The notes below the pieces were generated by a model that searched no databases, was not told where the DNA came from, and saw nothing but the letters and a program-made list of their open reading frames with translations. A program made the translations under genes and the position numbers. A stretch of DNA of 57,362 bases, counting the filler, from Basidiobolus ranarum (taxonomy: Eukaryota): the NCBI GenBank assembly GCA_040143965.1. It is 4 parts of 4 records of this genome, joined end to end, with 100 filler letters (N's around TTAATTAATTAA, not from the genome) between each part and the next. Parts side by side here need not be neighbours in the genome. Positions count along the whole stretch, not along the records: positions 28,786 to 43,028 come from JASJQH010000433.1; positions 43,129 to 57,362 come from JASJQH010000434.1; 2 more parts are not named here. The stretch is one strand, 5' to 3'. Each line of letters starts with the position of its first letter. The first letter of the stretch is position 1. Shown here piece by piece: positions 38,809-50,693 of this stretch.

Positions 38809-39437
38809 TTATATCAAAGTGTAACGTAGTAAATAATCTTTATGTTTTAGGTTAGTAGATTAAAGAATTTAGAGGAAGAAGATGGTGTAGGATTAAAATA
38901 TTATGCAGACTGAGTAATCGTGTAAGGAGATTTCGAAAGCTAACTTTAAAATATAAGTAAAAATCCAGGTATATCAGGAGGTAACAAAGAGACGTAGTGA
39001 TAGAAAAGAGTTTACTAGGAAGTGAATAGCAATGATCATATCATGACTGTATGCTTAATCATAGTAATGCATTCCCAAAATTGAAGGAGTGATTGGATCG
39101 CATATGTCGTATTAGTTTATCTAAATTAAGCAGCGCTGACAATTCGGAATAATACTCAGTTAATCGTTATGATCTCTAATACAGTAATGTACATTTGCTA
39201 GTAGATTAAGGTAGAGCAATGGTAAGGTCATAATTAGAACACCATTTGGTTATGTTGTTAGGTGCTGAAGAGATCAGGATTTCATACATCTAGTGTGGAT
39301 AATGGGAATTTATTATGGAATCAATTTCATTTTCAGTCATTCCAATTTATTTGCGCCAAAATTAGAGCCCCTTGATATTGAGAAATTGGTATGGGAATGT
39401 GAGTTTTGTTTCTATAGTATTTCTGCTGTCGTCTACA

Positions 39438-40358
39438 ATGGCGAGTGATACTGAGCAAATGGTAGATAATGAGGTACAGGGCTACCACACGATAGTAACG
39501 AACAGAAGTATCTTCGACGGTGAGCATACTCCCCAAAACATCTCATCGTATGGATTTCTTTTGGGCATAGTGTTTGGTGCGGGTTTTACAGCTTCAATTT
39601 ATATAAAGTCACCTCAACTATGCCTCTACATGGCATTTTTAGCTCTATTCCATTACTTGGAGTACACCCTGACTGCCATTTACAATTCGCATACACTGTC
39701 CTTAGATTGTAAGTACCATTATTTTGAACTGGAATTTCATTACTTACATAGCCTAATGTTTGTTAGCCTATCTACTTAATCATAGTACAGAATATATATT
39801 AGCTAATGTGATCGTTCTTCTCGAGTATCTCATTGAGCTATATTTCTTTGGCGATTTCAAGAAGTTTGGCTTCCTGAATATACTAGGTAAGTAAATTCTT
39901 GGCTATAACATGATTTAAATATTTGGTATAACGTATAGTAAAAATTAGGAATTGTGTTCATATTGAGTGGACAACTGGCGCGTACTTTAGCTATGTACAC
40001 AGCTAAGCATAACTTCACTCATCAAGTTGCTTCCTTTAAAGAAAAAGAACATGTGCTAGTAACCGATGGAATTTACAGGTAACTTTCACCCTTCTCATCC
40101 TAAAAGTATGGAATTCCACCGATTAAAGTTGAATTTTGAAGGCTCATGCGACACCCTTCTTACTTTGGATTTTACTGGTGGGCGTTAGGAACTCAATTCC
40201 TGTTGCTTAACCCGATTGGAATCATTGGATTTGCCATAGCTTTGCAGTACTTCTTTTCGAAGAGAATCGCATATGAGGAATTCACACTACAAAGATTCTT
40301 TGGCGACGAATACACACAATATACGAAGAAAACTAGAACCTTGATTCCTTTCATCTGA
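39438..40358 (+). CDS. STE14: Isoprenylcysteine carboxyl methyltransferase, 4 exons
   Basis: FHYLEY, SYLLNHS, GQLARTLAM...NFTHQV, LVTDGIY, RHPSYFGFYWWALGTQ, RIAYEE..L..FFG.EY..Y. Confidence 0.93.
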
Positions 40359-40781
40359 CACTCAATTTAAATTTACTACACCTGAGCCCTATAGTGTAAA
40401 CGAGACTAGTCAATAGGAATTGAAAGCCCTAGCCCTAATACAATGAATAAACACGATTGGTAAATCGGGATCTAATTCAAGACTGATTGAAATAAATGAA
40501 GCTTATTAGATTATTGTGATACTCGTTTGTTCCACAAATTAAACCATAAAATGTAGTTAAGGACTCGTATTATTGCAGAGCTGCATCAATACTGTGTTTT
40601 ATTTAGAAGTTACATATCAGTTATTGATTCTCTCTTCCTCCTCTTGATTACGGCTATCAAGATACTTCTTGCCTAAGAAACCTGCACCTAACAGAAGTCC
40701 AGCCCCAACAGTAACCATACCAGCCATCTACAAATTGTGATAAAGTTAGAATAGTGCCCGCCTGCGTCACAATCAAATCTA

Positions 40782-41370
40782 CTATAGTACCTTTTTGTTG
40801 GCATTGTGAGTAGTGTCTTGTTGATGCTTCTCTTCCAATTGTGAGGCAACGCCAGAGTTGTTGTTGTACTTCAAAATCAAACGAACTTCTCCAGTAGGCT
40901 GACCTTGTCTGTCGTGAATTGGGTACCAACGATCGAGAGAATCGGTACTATCTCTGAAGATAGATTGAAGTTGAATAACAGTGGCACCAATGAAATCATC
41001 CTTGTTGAAATCCTTCTCTTGGCACTCAATGTAGAGTTCACGTTGAGTGGGACCCACGGGGCTTACGTTTAATATCTAATTAGTACTGGAGTATATTCAA
41101 CTAGGCACAAATAAGACTTACAAGTCGAAGGTTTCGTTCCATCTGACAGAGTCAGTACCAGAAGGGGCTCTGGTAAGTTTTTTGTAGTTGTTTTCGAGGT
41201 ACATGATAAGGAAGGGCTCTTGGTTGCCACCGGCAAGACCACCATCCATGTTGGGTAAACCACGAGCTTCACCTAAGTAATTCCATTGAAATGAGTAAAG
41301 ATTTCAAGCAAGTATCCATAATGGATCACTTACAAGCAGTTACAGTTAAGACTCCGTCGAAAGTAGGCAT
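40782..41370 (-). CDS. Single C2-domain protein, 3 exons
   Basis: Spliced: MPTFDGVLTVTACEARGLPNMD...QEPFLIMYL...WNETFDFPV...ELYIECQEKDFNKDDFIG...WYPI...GEVRLILKY. Confidence 0.85.
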
Positions 41371-41410
41371 ATTAGATAATTGTGTGATAAGCTAATTGTC
41401 GTTCGTAGCC

Positions 41411-41442
41411 TTATATAACGGTGTCTTTGACCAGCAACGTCA
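41411..41442 (-). promoter_or_regulatory. Putative TATA box and CRE/ATF half-site upstream of the C2 gene
   Basis: TTATATAA at 41411-41418, about 40 nt upstream of the ATG, and TGACGT at 41442-41437. Short motifs, supported by position only. Confidence 0.35.
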
Positions 41443-42557
41443 GCAGTGCCCCTGCAAAATTAGAATACGTTGGGTAGAACAGTGTTCAGAGTACGTAATA
41501 CTTGAATACTATTTCAAGTAACTACGCAACTTGGCGACTAGGTGTATTTGGAGCACAGGAAATGATGGTATGAACAACCCTAACCCTTCATTTCGTTGTG
41601 TTGCGTACAATATATTGGCAACTATATACGCATTAACTATAGCATTAAGAAATCCTATTAACTAATCGTAATCAAGGAATCGAGAAATATCCAGTTGTGG
41701 CTTAGCTTCAAACCTCACACTGCATCCTCGATGAATTGCATAGCTATTGATTTCGTAATCGTAGCGTTGGTAAATCGTGTTATTTCCTTTTGCGTCGTTT
41801 CCGGTGGTGGTGGCGGTTGCACCGACTGATCACTAACGTACTTTTACTATGAGTAAGTAATGCATTAATACCATCCATAATCAGCGAAATCCAGTTAGTT
41901 AGTGGAACGTTGTGTGGTGCTAGTTGACTGGTCTATTTATTGCCTAGATAATTGCGAATGTACACAAGGATTAATGTTTAGATACACTGCCCACTCATCT
42001 CACAACTGATATATTACATGTACGGGTCAACCCGTAGACACAGTATAGACTTCGGGCTATCGAAAAACCAATGAATGATGAGAAGGCCATCATGTATAAG
42101 ACGCGCCGAATTGCCATTAATAGCGAAGCGGGGGGTTGAGTTATCTCTGATATTACTCTCCTTGCGTATCTTCAGTTTTTCTTAAACCTTTCCAATTCCC
42201 CCGAAACATGCAATCAATCTCTTGAAACATCTGCTATGAATACCAAGGATATTCCAACAGAATATGTGATCTATACTGAGCCAATCAATACTTATCTATG
42301 CTGTTGCAGTGGATATCTCTATTCTCACTCAGTTGCTGGATGAACCATATAGAACATGAGAGCATTTAGCAAAGTATTCTCATAGTCACACTCTCTTTTT
42401 TCTCCAAAACACTGCATATGCAGTACATATTAATCCATTGATAGAATATTATAGAATGAGATCTCATGGAAGCAAATTTTGCTGCTTTCCCACTTATTTC
42501 AGTGGACTCTATCTGTTATATAGGTAGCATCGAACTTTAAATGACTACTTCGGAGGA

Positions 42558-42625
42558 TCAGCTCCAGTTGTAATTCAGCTCCAGTTGTAATTCAGCTCCA
42601 GTTGTAATTCAGCTCCAGTTGTAAT
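42558..42625. repeat. Perfect tandem repeat, 4 x 17 bp (TCAGCTCCAGTTGTAAT)
   Basis: Four identical copies read directly from the sequence. Confidence 0.95.
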
Positions 42626-43028
42626 GATAATTTAAACTTTATCTAACATTTCTTTTCAAGCTTGGTTGTACTCGGCCTTTCTGGAGAGTTGAATTTTGAT
42701 GCTGAGGGTGCAGGTTTGAGTTTCCTGACATTATTCAGAGTTAAACTTCACAGTGTAGTTAGGCAAAGTCAGCTGAGGTTTTAATTGATGAGGAGACTTG
42801 TAACGAGGGCAAATGCACATAATATAATCAAGTGTGACTAATAACGTCTGAGACTACTAGTTGGTACAAAATTGAAGTATTTAGCATTCTATTACTTATG
42901 CATACATACCTTCTTCGCAAAATATTCCTGACTTTTTCTTTCAAAAGTTTACATGCCCTGGATGTAGTGGCGCCAGACATATTTGATGACGATGAATAGG
43001 TATATATATAGATTCAACTAGCTTGGTA

Positions 43029-43128
43029 NNNNNNNNNNNNNNNNNNNNNNNNNNNNNNNNNNNNNNNNNNNNTTAATTAATTAANNNNNNNNNNNNNNNN
43101 NNNNNNNNNNNNNNNNNNNNNNNNNNNN
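43029..43128. other. Assembly gap with artificial six-frame stop spacer
   Basis: N run with central TTAATTAATTAA. Confidence 0.98.
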
Positions 43129-44482
43129 AGATTATATGATAGAACCCTTACTGTGGTGAAACAAACCATTTATCTCCAACTATTGATCCAAGCTAATACT
43201 CACCCTTAAAGGTCGCCTGATGGCATGCGACATTGCTTGTACCATCAGTAAAGTTCATTTTGGACAAATATCAGATCATTAAAATTCTGATCGTGTTACC
43301 AGTAGCATTAGCTTTAGACCACTGCAACAACGTGCTACACATAATTTATGAGTCAGACGTATCCCGATTTCAGCCAACTCATTCACCCTACTCGGACACT
43401 GATAATTCGTTTCAGTCAATTCAAGCAGATGTATCAACCATTTCCTTTAGAAGTCGCTACTCTGGCAAAGCTAAAAGGCAATGTTCAACAAGTGGTACCA
43501 TATCTATGACTTTATTAGTTTAAGACCGGGATTTTCCGTAAAGAAATTTCTCAATATTCGAATGGTGGATGAACCCAATTCTATACCATATATGGCATGT
43601 ACAGGCTTGCATTAGAGTTGGTACTTGCCAAACTCCCACAGCTGTTCATTATTGGCAAATCAAATCAGCGATGGTATACCTCATTTAGATGCCTAATCCG
43701 TAACAGATCTTGGTGATTCCCGATCAAGATGGGTTGCCTCCAGGTTCATTTCTGTGAACCAAATCAAACTTCGACCAATTTCCAAACTTCAACAATCTGG
43801 TATGAAATTGACAAACAACTCGAATCATGATTTTCACTTCCTTCCTCCGAATGTAGGCCCAATTTCCAGGCTTCTACTGCCCTCGTCATAGTTAAGAATG
43901 TATCAAGTTGAATGGGATTTATTCGATAGTGTTCGTTTCGGCTATGTTCATTGAACTTCATCTCTGTGTTATGCAATGCTATGCCATCATATCACATTGT
44001 CACGATTTCACACAAACACAATAACCCATAAAGAGTGTGGAAATATTCAAGAACGCACACAAATGTCAGTACGGAGCATGGTACAGATGAAACTGATAAA
44101 ATGATGATCCGCTGGATTATTTGTCCTCGTATCATGTTGCCACCAAAAGAACCGATCTTTTCCGCTATCTGTCAAAATGAAATGTTTCCCAGATTATTGC
44201 GTACGATATTATGAGGATAGGTTAAGATTTATTATTGTGGATTTGGAAATGAGGCGGATACGGGTGTGATGAGTGCATATTATTAATTGTATGCTGAGAC
44301 ACTAAAACGTCAAGATAAATGATGTTATAAACAATCGGATAAGTTTGTGGTGACTATTCTAATAATGAACTATTGTGTACAAGGGAGCGGAATAGTAGGA
44401 TAGAGATAAACGTTTTACAATTCTATATTTCGGGACTATCGGTTTTAAGGTTACGGGATCCACGATTGCCTTGCTGGCCAGT

Positions 44483-45457
44483 TCAGACAGCAATAGTTGC
44501 CTCGTAGCAGGGCGGTGCATCGTTAGGGGTGTATGCGGGCGCTTGGATGTAGATAGGAAGGGGTTCAAATGGATCTTTCAGATCATTTGATATTATTACA
44601 ACGGGCCATTGGATATTGAGGTTTTCACGCTTTTGAGTGTCTCGGTCGACTAGAGCTACTTGGCATAGAAGATGGTGAGAAATATCAATTGGTGAGGTCT
44701 GGCAATCAGAATTCAAGCTACGAGTATCTGTACGTAAAGCAATGGATTGACTGAATTCTCCTAGCTTACATACAGGGTTACTCATCTTAGCTGAACTAAT
44801 TTCTGTGGATGATTGCTTTTCAAAATTTCTACTGGGAAGTGAGAATTTCTTAACCTCCATCAAAGCAATATTGACAGATTCAAGAGAAAGAGCCGAGTTT
44901 GGATTCAATCGAAAGGTAACAGGTATATCTTGACCTGGAAGGAAGCATCCAGAAGGAAGACTAAAGAAATATTCTAATTTTCCTCTCGCTGCACCTGCAG
45001 ATATGACTGGATCAACTAAATCCATTTTCCCACCGATGAGATTTCGTCTGATGAAGATACGCTTTTTCGTTACCAAATTGAAAGAAAAGAGAGGTCTTTC
45101 AACTGTGGCAACAAACCCATAGCTAATTATACCAGTTGGGGATTCTACACTCTCAGGAGTGTTACCAGGAAGTTGCATAGAGAATGGATATCTATAACAG
45201 CCTGGAGCTAAAGTGCGAGTCTTTTCGCCAGCTTCCAACAGGTTCCAGTCTTGTTGTACAATAGTGTTATTAATCCATCCTTCAGACTCTACGAACATAT
45301 CTAATAAGCCCAGGAAGCGTAATGTGATGGTGTTAACTTTGGTGGGTTTGGTTATCGTTAAAAGAATGTTTCCTTCAAGAAGTCCTCCGTTAGATTCTGT
45401 GCAAGAGCCATTTACTGTGACTTCCTCGCAGGGGAGTATTATCTCTAGTGTAGCCAT
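44483..45457 (-). CDS. Alpha-arrestin (ART/Rod1-like ubiquitin-ligase adaptor), intronless
   Basis: LEGNILL...ITLRFLG, LAPGCYRYPFSMQLPGNTPES...GIISY...ATVERP and ISHHL. C-terminal PY motifs LPIY and PPCY. Likely start is MATLEII at 45457. Confidence 0.88.
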   Translation of the reverse strand: MATLEIILPCEEVTVNGSCTESNGGLLEGNILLTITKPTKVNTITLRFLGLLDMFVESEGWINNTIVQQDWNLLEAGEKTRTLAPGCYRYPFSMQLPGNTPESVESPTGIISYGFVATVERPLFSFNLVTKKRIFIRRNLIGGKMDLVDPVISAGAARGKLEYFFSLPSGCFLPGQDIPVTFRLNPNSALSLESVNIALMEVKKFSLPSRNFEKQSSTEISSAKMSNPVCKLGEFSQSIALRTDTRSLNSDCQTSPIDISHHLLCQVALVDRDTQKRENLNIQWPVVIISNDLKDPFEPLPIYIQAPAYTPNDAPPCYEATIAV

Positions 45458-47099
45458 GATGTGTAAATTAGATGTAAAGATGATTAGGTTTGATATGTTT
45501 GTAATATTAGCGACTTTATGGTAGGTACCGCACACCCCCTTTTATACTGTACAGACTACTGCCAGGTTAGACAACACTTCGATGGGTGAACTGATTGGTC
45601 AGTTCATTAAGAAATCGATGTGCACTCATTGAATGGTTTTCAAGACTAAATCTTGATTTAACGAATTCATATTCCCTTTACATCATATCTACATAAGTAC
45701 ATTCAGTTCAATTTAGAGTACATTAACTAGTATAAATACTCTTAGTTGCACCTCAAATAGGAATGTTGAAAGAGGTATAATCGAATATACCTACTCCTTT
45801 TTCAATAATTCTATATTATTCTATTCTTAGTATGAGCTGCAGTTGAAATTAATGCGGGCCACTTCTAACTCTAGACTTTACGAGCAATACCATTGATGGT
45901 CTTGGGTAGTTCACTCATCGCATTTGTATATCAACTACAAGTGGACAGTCCTCTCCAAACCATTTGTCCAGAGCAAACCATCTGATAGCAATATGGTGAA
46001 GGTTTTAAGGAACTACAATATATATGTCATCATGCAAGTACTACGATGCAAGTATAGTATTCAACTGAAAACAAACTTTGCAGATATTTGGCTAGGTGCA
46101 TGCAACTCGATGCCTTTGATACTAACTAATAGCCAACTTTTACTTTTTAGATGGCTCGCGTAATGTGGAGTATATCGGGTTTAGGCCCTATAAATCCCCA
46201 AAATTGCAAACAAACTTTGGTCCTTCGACCTTAGTTCTATCATCTTGGTCCCTGCTTGAAGGGATTCGCTTTCGAGGACCCAGCCTAGTGATCATCTGAG
46301 GTTCGGGTACTAACTTCATGGCACGAGTGATGTGTAGATTAGATACGGATATAATAGCGTCAATGATATTCTAATATTAGCCTGCAACATCCGTGATATC
46401 CCTAGCATCTGAGTATTTAGAGTTGAAAAACGTACTGAAAACTCAGTGCTTTGATCAAGCCTTTGCCAAGGATGGATATGGTAAGGGATAGTATTACCAA
46501 TAAAACAAGACCCTAATCGATTACTTGGTGACTGCTTCTTGGAGACGCAATGATCTGATCTTTGGAATTTACGAACTTGTTGCTTAGGTTACTGGCAATG
46601 TTTACGATCCTGATCGATTGTTTAGCAATCCTCCAATTAATCCGTGTTTACAGAATCGCTCATGATTTAATGTTGACGTATCTAGGGTAAGCTGTTCGCT
46701 TCCTAGTGGATTGATTTGGCTGCGAGAGACGATCTCAATGCATGTAAAAAAGGTAAACAAGGATCTAGCGGCGATGTAATTTAGCATGAATGTGACCTTG
46801 GCAACACATGGTATGCTGCATGCCACAAATCACGTAGTAAATATCCATCAATATTTTGGGGATAGCACAGTAATAATAGGACCCGTCATCGGAGTGTACT
46901 CTGGGAACCCATGCACTGAGAGTAGAATTAGCATGACAAGGAAGTATAAATAACAAAGTTTTAAATATTACACAAAGTCAGTGAATGAGTTGTTTATTGA
47001 CCTGGAACTGTTCATTTCTAAATCAAATATCATTAATCTTTGAGTAACTATCAAGTGCACTCGCGACACCTTAATCAATGCACTTAAACCCAAGATATG

Positions 47100-47560
47100 T
47101 GCATACATCTCCCAAGATTAGACCATTAAGTTGGATTTGTATATCTGACTTTGGTGGTGAATGATGTAAGGTAGGATTCGTGTTGTAAAACACGGATAAC
47201 TATCTTGTGTTAAAAGCTTAAGAGATGCCTAATATAGAGATCAGTAAATAGGCTCCACTGTAAATTATTATCTGCTAAGTTTCACAAACCGGGTATAGCA
47301 CTATATTGACGACATCATCCATAAGATGCTTAATCATTGAAATCTTAGCACAGCATTCTAGAGTGTGAGCCATCAAAGCTTGCATCAAACAATAAAATAT
47401 TAGGAAAGAACGCCTCAGTTACAATGTGTGTACTTCACCATTCAATTAAGTTGCTTAGAAGTAAATTTCTGGTCTACTGGAGCGCCCTCATCAATAGCCT
47501 ATTAATATGAATTATGTTCCATCCCCAATGAATACTGTACTAGCCCACTCAAGCTTATGT
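47100..47560 (-). mobile_element. Highly degenerate Tc1/mariner (DD34E-like) transposase relic
   Basis: Motif remnants in the correct order across stops and frameshifts: KLEWA, VFIGDGT*F, KFT..L..MVKY, QDSYPCFTTR (compare QDNAPCHTAR) and PPKS-DI-NPT* (compare PPQSPDLNPIE). Confidence 0.5.
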
Positions 47561-48985
47561 CATATCAATGATGTGTTGGTCGAGAATCATAATACAGCTG
47601 TAGAGGGGCCGATCCAAGTATTATGAAACTTTATTACTGATAATTTGACTGTAATTATAGGAGAGGTGATCCAAAAATAGAAAACCATCCCGAAAGGACA
47701 GAGAGAAAACTCGATAATTGTTGGATTGTGCACTCCGCTATTTATCTTATTAAATCGCCAATTGATTCTAGATTTCATACCTGTATTGTTATTACTGGTT
47801 TTTGAGCTCAAATTGATAACGTACCAGCTATTATTATATATGTATTTAACGTAACACGCGTTTAACTCTAATAAGAGTGGAGGGTTAGCTAATAAAACAA
47901 TATACATTTCCCTTTCCTGCGAAAATCATTAAGCCTAAACCGCACCCTTAGTCACCAAATTGATATCCACCCCTCGTTAAGTGAGAGTACCTAATGATTA
48001 CGAAAAATTGAAATCAGTAAGACAAAATCATTAAATCACACCCGATCTATGAATGACTTTTGTTATTCGACAGATATTGAGATTCTCCACAAATATCTGA
48101 TAATGTAATTAATATATGATTTACACTTTAATTTCAGTTATCACCTAAAGTGCAAAATTCATCTGTATTAACAACGCCGAATACCTTGTTCGAGCTAGTG
48201 CAAGTCTACCTTTAATGGAAACAGCAAGCAACAAACAGCCAAGCACCTTAAGTAGGAAGAGAACACTGTAAGTACTTACAACAGTATATTAGCTTCGACG
48301 GCAAGTATACATAGAATGACTATTGAATCCTACTTGAAGATGGTCCTCTGATCCACGTCAAAAAGAACCTGATTTCTCAATGGTCTGTGGCAGTAAAAGA
48401 AGTAAGGGCACTGATGGGTATCTTGACTTGTTCTCATTATGATTCACGGGAGTAAAATTAACCGAGTGTAGCATATGTGTGAACTACAAATACATTGGTC
48501 AATATTAGTACGTAGTTATGGAGTTGAATTGTTGTTGCTATTGCCGAATACCAATCGTAAATGTAACTCAATTTTATTGCAGTGGATGGTGGTCAGATTA
48601 GCAGGAGAGTGCTTCCATTGGCGCGAAGGATTGAGCTCCTAGACTGTATTCCATTAGTGCGCGTTTTGCTAGGATCAGTTGTGATTGATGAGCAATATCT
48701 TTTTGTCCATAATTTTAAGCACATTTGGTATATGTTACTATTACAGGATAGGCTAGTGACGAGGTGCCATTTGTCCAATTTGCGAAGGTTTAGCTCTTCA
48801 TTGGATCATGGATTACACCAATGCAGCTGCAATTTCAGCAGGCTCTTAATCTAGTTATGGTAGTAATTTACATATATTTTCCATACTGGGAAATAACTCC
48901 TCACGCGGTAACAATGGTAAGAATGATGTTCATTTGATCCTGGTAAATAACTCCTTTAATTGATTGATTGAGCCCAATCTGATTT

Positions 48986-49500
48986 GAGAAATTTACACTG
49001 TTAGAAGCACTTATTTATTCACAGATGTGAAGTCAGGCAGAGTTGTGAAGTGTTCAAATTTGGGCTTGTGTTGATCATCATTGAACTTTCATTTCAAGTG
49101 TACGAGAGTTTTTAATGGCTTTAGTATGATGAATGGTAAGCAAAGGCAAAATCGATCTCCCTCAAATTATACATAAATCTGTAATTTTCCACAATGACTT
49201 TCATTCTTATTCTGTAAGAATGATTCAAGTGTGTTGATTAGTAACAATTTATTACATATTTAGAGAAACTGGGTCAGCAGGTAGCTTTAGAGGAGTTTGA
49301 GGATTGGATAGAGATACTCGCACTGAATTTCAAAAATGTTGACTTTCAATAACAAGTGCATGGTCCAGTTCATTTAAAGTCAAACTTTTGGCAAACAAGT
49401 AGGCCATATAATCCAAAACATCATGTAATACTTCAAAAAGTTGGACTAGCCAGTTTGGTTGTGTTCTGTTGATCCGGATGATCGCCAGAGAATATGACTA
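48986..49500 (+). mobile_element. Possible second degenerate Tc1-like transposase relic
   Basis: EKFT, VKSGR, IWACV, YLEKL...NVDFQ*QVHGPVH and LD*P in Tc1 order. Spacing is imperfect. Confidence 0.35.
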
Positions 49501-50693
49501 CTCTTGACAGATACCATACTACTGGAGAGAACAAGTTTGCAAAATGTGGCTCAGTATTTTCAAATGTAAATTCAATGTAGATACTTGGATATTACTCTGG
49601 AACAAAAATGGGGCGAGGGGCAGAAGAGATGTTTCAGTAGTGTATCGAGCACTAAGAACATAGCTATATTACTATTAGTACCAATACTTAATGGCATTTG
49701 AACTTAATATCAGCTTCGGTACTTCATATATCTCAATCTTGCAAAGCGATTATGTTGGCAATATACTTAAAATCTCTCTACACTACAGATAACTGTACTT
49801 GAAACAAATTTTATTAGTATATCTCTTTCGAACTAACATCATCTACATGGTGTTTGAAAGTGAGTTTGAAACTAGAAAAGAGGCAGTTCGCGACCTGCTC
49901 ATGACATTAAAGCGATCAAAATATATTGTGATTGAAACGCTAGAATGTTCAAAATATGTGAAACGGGAACCAATGATCACGATCATAGGTATTGGTAAGC
50001 TGGGGAGAATATCTCGCCATTATGACAGGCGATGCTTGTTGGAATAAAGCTACTCGTTGAAGGAATCGCAATATACATATACACATTCATTGATGGGGTG
50101 TGCACCTATCTTACGTATGAAAGAGTATGAGGCTACTTGGAGATGTCTCCGTCAAATTAACGTTTCAATGAAATGCAATCGGTGAATTATATGCCTAAAA
50201 AAACCCAGCTTCGATAAATGCTCCAGATATTTCGTAGTTGAGTTTAAACACTTGGCCTGTTTGGAAATGTCCCTCGGTAATCTAATGTAGACTCAGTTCC
50301 ATCCGACGTTGCCACTGGAGTTTGGTATACATTTTCAATGTTGCATATCAGATTGGAGTGTATGAAACTGAAAGGAACTGGTGATCGTATTCCTTGTAGA
50401 TCACATATTACAAATGCATGGTTGTATTCGTTGAAATACAAGTTGGATCCATTTCAATTCGTTTGTCAAACTGCACAAATCCAATTAAAGGTTTGATGGT
50501 TAGTCACATATGTGAATGGTCGAGAACTTGGATTCAATCTGATAAAGTACGAATAATGCCATTTGGTGAGTGCCAAAGCTCTAAGATAAATATTTATATA
50601 GCCATGGAATCTCAGCTTGAAACAGAGCAAACCTGCGAAGCACTAAGCCATATTCAATCCCTCTATCGATATAAGTAGCAAAACCCTTTCGCT

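Noticed and set aside
42558-42625. CRISPR-like array
   Set aside because: The units are contiguous with no spacers, the context is eukaryotic, and there are no cas genes.
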